Positions 18,780 through 25,644 of a stretch of DNA of 64,000 bases are shown here, one piece after another. Location: contig JBAZTR010000004.1 in assembly GCA_041661745.1 (NCBI GenBank), forward strand, positions 12,961-76,960. Direction: 5' to 3'. Source of the DNA: Patescibacteria group bacterium (GTDB lineage: Bacteria > Patescibacteriota > Patescibacteriia > UBA9934 > GWF2-40-263). Every line of letters starts with the position of its first letter. Within the stretch, counting starts at the first letter, position 1. Made by a program: the position numbers and the translations under genes. The notes beneath the pieces are model-generated. The model saw only the letters and a program-made list of their open reading frames with translations. It ran no database searches and was not told the DNA's origin.

Positions 18780-18960
18780 AATATATTTTATCCTCACCAG
18801 TGCCCCCCCCGTTTCCCCTCACCCTTACCCTCTCCCTGCCAAGATCAGATGGGAGAGGGGGTGGTGTTATTTCGTCACAGGGGATTCCCCTCCCCCATCT
18901 GCTTTTTTAGCAGGGGGAGGGGTTAGGGGAGAGGGGCCAACAACACGAACGGGGCGGCGC
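18780..18960. repeat. Compound PE-C palindromic module (inter-cassette element, copy 1)
   Basis: ccctctccctgccaagatcagatgggagaggggg … cccctcccccatctgcttttttagcagggggaggggttaggggagaggggcc. Near-identical modules at 19741..19900 and 21541..21750. Confidence 0.85.
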
Positions 18961-18968
18961 CGGCGGTC

Positions 18969-18997
18969 TGGACACAAATTCAAAGACATGCTAAAAA
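18969..18997 (+). promoter_or_regulatory. Conserved cassette promoter tggaca-N17-taaaaa
   Basis: tggaca at 18969..18974 and taaaaa at 18992..18997. The same motif with identical spacing recurs at 19903 and 20557. Confidence 0.6.
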
Positions 18998-19030
18998 AGT
19001 ATGCCCCCTTTTAGAAAAAGGAAAGAAACC

Positions 19031-19720
19031 ATGCAGGACACCATTAAGCATCTTCTCCTTATTGCCCGACTCACAGCACTGGCCAACAAGGTCAACGGAG
19101 TGATCACCGATAAAAGGCAGGAAAAGACGATCACAAAGCTGATCATGGGGGGATTGGTTCGCACTATCCTCTGGGGCGTGCTCTGGTACGTTCCACTCTG
19201 GCTTCTGGGGGACCCTTCGTTCCTTATGAAGCTCCTCTGGGCCAACCTGATCGTCAGCGCGATGCTCTTCGTTGTGCACGCAGTTGTTCCAAGCAACGTG
19301 ATCACTCGAAGGATGCAGCGGCAAAAGATTAAGACGAAAGGACCTATGGCGATCTTCGGTCTGTTCATTGTCATCTTCTTCATGCCCACAGCATTACTCT
19401 TCGCGGTGAAGGCGGGCGACCAGTACCAGGAGGTCTTGGCCGGCAAAATCCTGCGCGACGACCGGGCCACGCTCTTTTCGCGAAACGGACATCTGATCAA
19501 ACTCGTTGAGGAGTATTTTGTGAGGTCTGGAAAAGAGATGGACAAAACCGTCATGGATCAGGTCTGGGTGCTGGAGCAGGAGCTGCTCGACTTTTCCGAG
19601 CGAACTGGCGAGCTCGGCGAAAGCAACGAAATCACCTGGCCGGAGACCGAGCCTTTCCTCAGAAGAGTTGAGAGGCTGATCGACGAACTCACTGTCTTGA
19701 CTGGCAACACTTCCTCTTAA
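19031..19720 (+). CDS. GC-rich cassette gene 1: membrane protein (3–4 TM) with cytoplasmic C-terminal domain
   Basis: The track ORF starts at 19001, inside the promoter. Met at 19031 after AAGGAAAG is preferred. TM segments are LVRTILWGVLWYVPLWLL, LLWANLIVSAMLFVV and IFGLFIVIFFMPTALLFAV. GC is about 58%. Confidence 0.55.
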   Translation: MQDTIKHLLLIARLTALANKVNGVITDKRQEKTITKLIMGGLVRTILWGVLWYVPLWLLGDPSFLMKLLWANLIVSAMLFVVHAVVPSNVITRRMQRQKIKTKGPMAIFGLFIVIFFMPTALLFAVKAGDQYQEVLAGKILRDDRATLFSRNGHLIKLVEEYFVRSGKEMDKTVMDQVWVLEQELLDFSERTGELGESNEITWPETEPFLRRVERLIDELTVLTGNTSS

Positions 19721-19742
19721 CCCTCACCTGAGGGATTTTTTA
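19721..19742 (+). terminator. Cassette terminator cctcacctgagg + T-run
   Basis: Conserved hairpin (atcctca-cc-tgaggat) plus a T-tract after each of the three cassette genes, at 19721, 20484 and 21511. Confidence 0.6.
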
Positions 19743-19900
19743 TTCCCTCTCCTTCTGACGGCCATACCCCTCACCCCCTGCCCCTCTCCCTGCCAAGATC
19801 AGAGGGGAGAGGGGTTGTAAACTTTGTCACGAAAAGTTCCCCTCCCCCATCTGCTTTTTTAGCAGGGGGAGGGGTTAGGGGAGAGGGGCCAACACATGAG
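19741..19900. repeat. Compound PE-C palindromic module (inter-cassette element, copy 2)
   Basis: Near-identical to 18780..18960. Confidence 0.85.
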
Positions 19901-19902
19901 GG

Positions 19903-19931
19903 GAGGGCTTTCTGGACACAAACCAAAAACA
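19903..19931 (+). promoter_or_regulatory. Conserved cassette promoter tggaca-N17-taaaaa
   Basis: Same motif and spacing as at 18969. Confidence 0.6.
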
Positions 19932-19981
19932 ATGTTAAAAACACAAAAGTCGGCAAGCCTCTCGGCGGTGCGGAGGGAAAG

Positions 19982-20434
19982 ATGAAAATCGAACTAACCA
20001 CTCGTATGAGCGTACGTGTGGTCACGGGCGATCTGTCGGCAGACGTCCACCTCGAGGATCGTCGTTTGAAAGCACTGATTGCCCTCGCGTATAAATTCAA
20101 GGGTGAATGCGTCACCCTTGTCATCGATCCGATGATGGAAGAGGAAGCGACCTCGATCATCGACTCGATCGCGGGTCTCAACGGTGAGGGAGCCGACCAG
20201 ACAATCAACGGCCGACGCCTGGATGTGCACGAGCTCAGGGTTGATTGCGGAAACCAGCGCGGTATTGTCGTGAACCCCCACAACCCGAGATGCGATCTGC
20301 TTCTCCTCATGAGCATCGCAATCAAATCAGAACAGCTCACCGTCGAACTGCCGCCAACCGACACCATGGCCGAACTCGTCGACCGAATCTCGGTCTACCC
20401 CTTCCCGCACAAGGAAAGGGTCATGCCAGAATAA
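19982..20434 (+). CDS. GC-rich cassette gene 2: hypothetical soluble protein (150 aa)
   Basis: GGAGGG Shine-Dalgarno 5 nt upstream. GC about 60%. No domain recognised. Confidence 0.55.
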   Translation: MKIELTTRMSVRVVTGDLSADVHLEDRRLKALIALAYKFKGECVTLVIDPMMEEEATSIIDSIAGLNGEGADQTINGRRLDVHELRVDCGNQRGIVVNPHNPRCDLLLLMSIAIKSEQLTVELPPTDTMAELVDRISVYPFPHKERVMPE

Positions 20435-20483
20435 CTTAGCCACGCTGTAGCTCGCCACGAGCGAAGGCGGGACGCCACCCTCT

Positions 20484-20509
20484 CGATCCTCACCTGAGGA
20501 TCTTTTTAT
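20484..20509 (+). terminator. Cassette terminator (gatcctcacctgaggatc + T5)
   Basis: Conserved hairpin plus T-tract. Confidence 0.6.
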
Positions 20510-20550
20510 TTCTGGCTGGTCTCCTACTCTCCCAGCTTCCTAGTCTCCTA
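20505..20550. repeat. PE-T family fragment (ctcctactctcccagcttcctagtctcctaaca)
   Basis: Shares ctcctag/cctagtctcc words with the elements at 22166, 33533 and 41294. Confidence 0.5.
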
Positions 20551-20556
20551 ACACTC

Positions 20557-20585
20557 TGGACACAAATCCAAAACTATGATAAAAA
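20557..20585 (+). promoter_or_regulatory. Conserved cassette promoter tggaca-N17-taaaaa
   Basis: Same motif and spacing as the other two cassette promoters. Confidence 0.6.
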
Positions 20586-20622
20586 TCTGGGTCGCAAATT
20601 CCGCGCGACTCTGGAGGATTCC

Positions 20623-21492
20623 ATGAACGTAATCCATGATGGAGAAACCGGAGGCATCCGGGTGTTCTTCGGGGAAACCGTGATCGACATCGACCCCCGC
20701 GATCCGCGCTGTCATGGGCTGCTCAACGACCGGGGGTTCATGAAGATCGCCAACATCAAGTGCGGTTCGATCTTGATCGTCTTCGGCCGGAGCTTGAGGA
20801 CGAAGACGGCCCGCATGATGGGCGAGATCATGTTCGGCTGGACCCTCACCAATTCCTCGAACTCGCAAATCGTCGCCGAAAGAGGGGTGCGTGTGAGGAT
20901 CGGCGGCTGGAAGCCCATGCCCGTGCCGCACAACTGCGATATGTTCGAGCTCCTCGAACACGCGGACGCGCTGTACTTCGACACGATGGAGATCCGAACG
21001 AAGGCTTCGGAGGTGGCAGCCAGGGCCTTGGGGCCGTTCATCATGATCCCCTTCGTTCCGCCCGAGCCGACCCCGAGCGAACTGGCCATCGCCGAGTTCA
21101 GGAGAAGGACCGGCGTGGAGCCGACTTCGGTGCTGCTCGAAGCAGAGGCCGAGGATGCTCCCGAACCACCGGTGGCGGTTCCGGCTGGCGCCGAAGCGAA
21201 CTCCCCCATCCCCGGCCTCACGCCGGAGCAGGTCAAGAACCTGATCAGGCGATGCGACGAGCTGGGGTTCACCACTCGTGTGACGAACGGCCTCAGGACC
21301 GTCGGATGTGAATTCGTCTACCAGGTGGTGGAAAAAACCGGACCCGAGACGCTCGGGGCCAAGGGCCTCGGTCGCAGGTCCAATAATGAGCTCAGGGTGA
21401 TTCTCGCCGAACTCGGGCTCAGCTTCGGCATGAACTTCACCACCGAACAGCGAGCCGCTCTCGAGCGCCTGGCTCACCAGCTGCCGCGCTGA
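20623..21492 (+). CDS. GC-rich cassette gene 3: two-domain protein with C-terminal alpha-CTD-like HhH domain
   Basis: The C-terminus TTRVTNGLRTVGCEFVYQVVEKTGPETLGAKGLGRRSNNELRVILAELGLSFGMNFTTEQ parallels ORFs 16977 and 17386. The N-terminal 200 aa have no recognisable domain. GGAGGA Shine-Dalgarno. Confidence 0.6.
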   Translation: MNVIHDGETGGIRVFFGETVIDIDPRDPRCHGLLNDRGFMKIANIKCGSILIVFGRSLRTKTARMMGEIMFGWTLTNSSNSQIVAERGVRVRIGGWKPMPVPHNCDMFELLEHADALYFDTMEIRTKASEVAARALGPFIMIPFVPPEPTPSELAIAEFRRRTGVEPTSVLLEAEAEDAPEPPVAVPAGAEANSPIPGLTPEQVKNLIRRCDELGFTTRVTNGLRTVGCEFVYQVVEKTGPETLGAKGLGRRSNNELRVILAELGLSFGMNFTTEQRAALERLAHQLPR

Positions 21493-21510
21493 TCGCCCCC
21501 CCCTCCCCTT

Positions 21511-21537
21511 CGATCCTCACCTGAGGATCTTTTTTTA
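21511..21537 (+). terminator. Cassette terminator (gatcctcacctgaggatc + T7)
   Basis: Conserved hairpin plus T-tract. Confidence 0.6.
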
Positions 21538-21540
21538 ATT

Positions 21541-21750
21541 CCCTCTCCTTCTGAGCCGTTGTACCCCTCACCCATACCCCCGTGCCGATGTCACCCCCCC
21601 CCTCACCCCTGCCCCTCTCCCTGCCAAGATCAGAGGGGAGAGAGGTTGTAGACTTTGGCACAAAAAGTTCCCCTCCCCCATCTGCTTTTTTAGCAGGGGG
21701 AGGGGTTAGGGGAGAGGGGCCAACACGTGAGGGGAGGATTGAGGAGAGGG
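21541..21750. repeat. Compound PE-C palindromic module (copy 3, extended)
   Basis: Near-identical core to 18780 and 19741, with additional C-tract arms. Confidence 0.85.
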
Positions 21751-21953
21751 CCGACTGGACATCCTAATAGCATCTGGTAAACTAAAAATATTATGAAAGG
21801 CTTAACCGCCCAATTTGGCTTCTTTAGCTTCTGCTTTACCAAAGCGGGTGGTTTAGTTCTCTCTTAAAAGATAAATAAGAGGCCGCCCGCGTTCCCACGC
21901 GAGCGGTCTTTTGTTTTGTCCCTGATCCCGTAACCAGGCAAGGAGGAAAAGTC

Positions 21954-22115
21954 ATGGCCGCCACGAACCAAAACCGTGAAGATCCGCGTCGCTACACTGA
22001 AACGACCGACACTACCGGACAGCGTCTGGCCGTTGATCAGGACGGCAACAAGTTCCTTCTTCGGGCGGACCAGATCGTCTACAACGGTCAGGTCTACAAT
22101 CTCGGGGGCTTCTAG
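21954..22115 (+). CDS. Small GC-rich protein (53 aa), not in the ORF track
   Basis: AAGGAGGA Shine-Dalgarno 5 nt upstream of the ATG. A clean terminator follows at 22129..22157 (ggcagaa-aacac-ttctgcc + T7). Sequence: MAATNQNREDPRRYTETTDTTGQRLAVDQDGNKFLLRADQIVYNGQVYNLGGF. Confidence 0.45.
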   Translation: MAATNQNREDPRRYTETTDTTGQRLAVDQDGNKFLLRADQIVYNGQVYNLGGF

Positions 22116-22128
22116 TTCCCCACTCTCT

Positions 22129-22157
22129 CGGCAGAAAACACTTCTGCCGTTTTTTTA
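22129..22157 (+). terminator. Intrinsic terminator
   Basis: 7-bp perfect stem plus T7. Confidence 0.75.
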
Positions 22158-22165
22158 TTAAACAA

Positions 22166-22194
22166 GCTAGCCTCCTAGTCTCCTAGCATCCTAC
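22166..22194. repeat. PE-T family element (ctagcctcctagtctcctagcatcctacc)
   Basis: cctag-based tandem words shared with the elements at 33533, 41294 and 20505. Confidence 0.6.
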
Positions 22195-23666
22195 CGCACC
22201 TTCTTCGTCACATTAAATCCAAGATACTTCCCCAACATAAGGCGAGTCTGCGCATCAATGGCCGGTGCGGCTCCGAACACCGTAAAAGTAATGGGAAGAA
22301 GAAGCCACTGAAAAATCATGACAATCCAAGCGGTTGCTTTCACGGTCTTTGGTCGTGGTGGCAACATGGTTAAGGACAAGCCGGCGGTAATAAAGGCTCC
22401 ACCCATGGCTAGTCGCATAATCCATTCCAAAGTAAAAGGCGCGGCATGAATAATGGCCGAGCCACTGCCGGCCGCCACCCATAGCGGCAAATAACCAAGG
22501 GCAAAAATAAGAATCGGCGCCGTGGCCCAGGTGTACATGCCCTCAATATGATTGAAAAGATATTTAATTTTCTTGTTCAAGGGAATGAGCTTATCTTTTT
22601 TAAAGGCATCAACCATGACCGGAAAGTGTTCGACACCCCAAGCCCAGCGACGCTGCTGTTTGTACAAGGCTTTTAAACTCTCCCAATAGTTGGCGCCAAC
22701 GACCGTGTCCATGGAAACCGGCAAAAACATCGGTACCACGCGATAGTCGCCGTGGTATTTAAGGAAAGCTTGCAGAAAAATTCGCGAATCTTCCGAGACA
22801 ATATCTTTTTGCCAAAAATCAACATCAACTAACATTTTCCACGGCATGGAGTGCGAAGAAAAAGTCCAAAGTCGGTCCGAGCGAGCCAATTCCGTCAAAA
22901 GCCAAAAAACCGTACCAAAGGCGGCAATTCTAACCGGGGCGCGCGAGGTCCAAATATTATTGGAAAACAGGACAACTGGTTGATATGAGGCGTGCGTTGG
23001 ATTCGGCGAAGTTAAATACAAATACGAAAGGCAGGCGAAGTACGATGGGTGTACGACAGTGTCGACGTCAAACGAGGAAACAATAATATCTTCGGCTGGG
23101 ATATCAGAAAACTCACTGGCCAAAATCTTTTTAACTTCGTGGCCGGAATAATTAAGGTTGGAACCTTTACCGGGAATTTCGTCAGGCAGACCAACCGGAT
23201 GTTCGGTAACAATAATTTTTTTGAAGGTTTTGCTAAATTCCTGTGAAATAATCGCCGCGTTTTTTTGGAAACGCTCGTGATCACGTCCTTCACCGGCCAA
23301 GACAATAATCATTTTGTCCTTGGGGTAATGGGTCGCGGCAATGGAACGCAAGGTTTCACGAATAATTTCCGTGCTTTCTTTATAAGTCGGCAAGAAAATT
23401 AAATGATGCAGGCGCTGCCAATTATTTTGTTTTTGTAAGTCAGCAAACCAATCATACTTAATGGCGTGTTTGTATTCGCGCCAGGAAAGCAGCATGAAAA
23501 TGGCAAAATAAACAATTCTAAAAAACCAATAAAGGTCAAAAACAATAATAAAGACAACGGGAATAATTGGCGCGACAAACGACAAAACAATCGCCAAAAT
23601 TAAAGTCGTCCAGACCAAGGCGCCGGGGAAAATTTCCCAAATTCGATTTTTGCCATATGTCGACAT
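22191..23666 (-). CDS. Processive family-2 glycosyltransferase (CesA/chitin-synthase-like membrane GT2)
   Basis: N- and C-terminal multi-TM regions flank a GT-A domain carrying the QQRRW (QxxRW) motif of processive beta-glycosyltransferases. 491 aa. Confidence 0.75.
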   Translation of the reverse strand: MSTYGKNRIWEIFPGALVWTTLILAIVLSFVAPIIPVVFIIVFDLYWFFRIVYFAIFMLLSWREYKHAIKYDWFADLQKQNNWQRLHHLIFLPTYKESTEIIRETLRSIAATHYPKDKMIIVLAGEGRDHERFQKNAAIISQEFSKTFKKIIVTEHPVGLPDEIPGKGSNLNYSGHEVKKILASEFSDIPAEDIIVSSFDVDTVVHPSYFACLSYLYLTSPNPTHASYQPVVLFSNNIWTSRAPVRIAAFGTVFWLLTELARSDRLWTFSSHSMPWKMLVDVDFWQKDIVSEDSRIFLQAFLKYHGDYRVVPMFLPVSMDTVVGANYWESLKALYKQQRRWAWGVEHFPVMVDAFKKDKLIPLNKKIKYLFNHIEGMYTWATAPILIFALGYLPLWVAAGSGSAIIHAAPFTLEWIMRLAMGGAFITAGLSLTMLPPRPKTVKATAWIVMIFQWLLLPITFTVFGAAPAIDAQTRLMLGKYLGFNVTKKVR

Positions 23667-23720
23667 AGAAATTTCCCCTCCCCTTACGAAGGGGAGGGGT
23701 TAAGGGGTGAGGTTAGGACG
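23662..23720. repeat. PE-C element (cccctcccc-ttacgaa-ggggagggg-ttaaggggtgagg)
   Basis: Perfect 9-bp inverted repeat of the PE-C family. Confidence 0.8.
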
Positions 23721-24387
23721 AAATATCTTGTTTCAACTTATCCAAAACGCGCGCCGCGTGTTCGCGGCCACCAAGTCCAAAAGCCAAACCACCGGCCAAA
23801 GCCAGCATGGCCACAAAGCCGGTAAAAAGAACACTAATAAGATCCTCGGCAATTTGTAATTGAATCAAAGCGGCCATGAAGGTGAACACCAGAATTGCCC
23901 AGCGGGCCAAGCTGGCCAAAAAATCAGCCGAAGCAAGTTTGGCCGCGGCCACTGCCGACTTAACCAGCTTGTGTACAAAGTTAGCAAGGACAGTTCCAAA
24001 AAACAGCATGATCACGGCAATAATAACGTTTGGCAAATACAACACGATTTGTTTCAAATAATCAGTCACTTGGTCCCAACCAAGAATATCGGTCGCGGCA
24101 ATCAACGAAACAACAATCAAAAACCACTTAACAATCCAGCCCAACAGTTTGCTGATTTTAAAAGGCAAACCATAACGTTCAAATATCTGTGGCACTTCGA
24201 ACTTTTTGGCCAATAAATCGATCTTTAAAAGAACGATTATTTTTTCAACAACGCGTTGCAAGACCAATGCAAAAATTAAACCAACAATGAAAATAGCCAA
24301 CGCGCCAAAAAATTGCGGCAAAAAATCCAGGATGACTTTCCAAAGTTCTATTAGAGAACTCTGCGCCAAATCGAATGTTGTAGGCAT
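23713..24387 (-). CDS. Integral membrane protein (about 5 TM), unknown function
   Basis: Hydrophobicity pattern. 224 aa. Confidence 0.5.
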   Translation of the reverse strand: MPTTFDLAQSSLIELWKVILDFLPQFFGALAIFIVGLIFALVLQRVVEKIIVLLKIDLLAKKFEVPQIFERYGLPFKISKLLGWIVKWFLIVVSLIAATDILGWDQVTDYLKQIVLYLPNVIIAVIMLFFGTVLANFVHKLVKSAVAAAKLASADFLASLARWAILVFTFMAALIQLQIAEDLISVLFTGFVAMLALAGGLAFGLGGREHAARVLDKLKQDISS

Positions 24388-24394
24388 ATGTTTT

Positions 24395-24477
24395 TTAGTG
24401 GGTAGGTGTGTAGTAGGTAGTATGTAGGCAAAAGTTCCCGACTAGATCTATTGCCTACCCACTACATACTACATACT
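24395..24477. repeat. Palindromic element PE-Y
   Basis: Same orientation as the 7645 copy. Confidence 0.85.
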
Positions 24478-24881
24478 CAAACCTTTTTAATAGTAATATG
24501 AGGCGGCCGATCGTAAACCGGGGTAACAAAACCTTCGGTTTTTTGTTTTACCCAAATAGCGCCGGATGTTCGGATCATTTCTTCCCCACCCTGGCGGGCC
24601 GCGTTTTCTACACCAATCACTAAAAGTTTCTTGGCAAAGGCTAAAGCATTGGCAATGGTGACAATAATCCTGGTCGAGGTAAACGAACCTGGGCCGGAAA
24701 CCACCACAATCTTTTCCAGGGCTTCTGGCGAAACCAAGTGATCGTGCAAAAATTCGGCGGTCGTGGCCAAATAACCCTCGGGGGCAACGGTAAATTCCTG
24801 AAACGAAAGAAGACGACCTTCGCTATCAAGAAGGCCGGCTTCCATTCGAGTAATATCTTGAGCGGCCAAGAATAAAATCAT
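24477..24881 (-). CDS. tsaB: TsaB (YeaZ)-like protein, truncated ASKHA fold
   Basis: VVSGPGSFTSTRIIVTIANALAFA matches the TsaB/Kae1-family glycine-rich loop. 134 aa, shorter than canonical TsaB. Confidence 0.55.
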   Translation of the reverse strand: MILFLAAQDITRMEAGLLDSEGRLLSFQEFTVAPEGYLATTAEFLHDHLVSPEALEKIVVVSGPGSFTSTRIIVTIANALAFAKKLLVIGVENAARQGGEEMIRTSGAIWVKQKTEGFVTPVYDRPPHITIKKV

Positions 24882-25561
24882 GAATTTTTTTCAATTTTTT
24901 CGGCCACGGTCGGCTCGGCGACCACATGCAACTTATCGACCATGACAACTTTCTCGCCTTCCAGAATGGCAAAAAGGAAGCGATCGGTAATCTGCCGGCG
25001 ATAATTAAACTCCTCCCGCGGCATTAAAGTATAATTTATTTCGTAGCCCAGTTCAGCTTCAAACTCGCTCACTACTTTTTGCAAAGTTTTTTGATCAATA
25101 CTGCCAACAATCAAAATATCGGTTTGCACGTTGGTATTGTCGACAAAACGACCGGTAAAAATCAACAAGTCAACGTCACCGCGCGTTTTAATTTCTTGAA
25201 CAAGGTTTTGTTTCAAAAGAATTTGAATTTTTCTGAAGAGATTCCTAAGATCGTGAAAAAGCAAAAAATTGGTGTTCGCAGTATAAAACTTTTTTCGCTC
25301 CGAAAGAACCTTGGCCCGACCGGCAACGGCTCCGTGGTTTTCAATAACCAAACCAATCTCAATAAGGTTTTGTAATTCGCGTCGAACCGAATTAAGCTGG
25401 GCCGAAATCTTTCGCGTCAGTTCACGAACAAAATATGACTGTTCGGGGTTTTCCAAAAAGAGACCGAGGAGGCGCGCTCGTGTTTTTGAGCCAAACAACT
25501 GTTCGATTCGGAAATTAGGGGTAGCCATAAGGTAATTTACCGATCCTCCACTGGTGGACAA
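24878..25561 (-). CDS. Winged-helix DNA-binding protein with C-terminal uncharacterised domain
   Basis: N-terminal wHTH (RARLLGLFLENPEQSYFVRELTRKISAQLNSVRRELQNLIEIGLV). 227 aa. Confidence 0.45.
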   Translation of the reverse strand: MSTSGGSVNYLMATPNFRIEQLFGSKTRARLLGLFLENPEQSYFVRELTRKISAQLNSVRRELQNLIEIGLVIENHGAVAGRAKVLSERKKFYTANTNFLLFHDLRNLFRKIQILLKQNLVQEIKTRGDVDLLIFTGRFVDNTNVQTDILIVGSIDQKTLQKVVSEFEAELGYEINYTLMPREEFNYRRQITDRFLFAILEGEKVVMVDKLHVVAEPTVAEKIEKNS

Positions 25562-25644
25562 AACCCAGCTAGGCTAGGCGTTGCTATTGTTATTTCCTAA
25601 GGTATAATGTACACGAAAAGTATAGGAAAGAGCAACCTCTAAAT

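Noticed and set aside
20548-21477. Long antisense ORFs (309 aa, 187 aa, 183 aa) overlapping cassette gene 3
   Set aside because: They are antisense or frame-shifted shadows of the GC-rich gene 20623..21492. The sense gene has the promoter, Shine-Dalgarno, terminator and the alpha-CTD-like motif.
18780-21750. Possible CRISPR array, because near-identical ~170-bp repeats recur with ~1 kb spacing
   Set aside because: Repeat units are about 170 bp compound palindromes, far longer than CRISPR direct repeats. The intervening segments are 0.5–0.9-kb protein-coding genes with promoters and terminators, not 30–40-bp spacers. No cas genes are present.
18780-22160. Classical integron (attC-separated cassettes)
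   Set aside because: No intI integrase or attI in the window. Cassettes carry their own promoters, and the inter-cassette element is much larger and structurally different from attC sites. Only the analogy is retained, in the findings.
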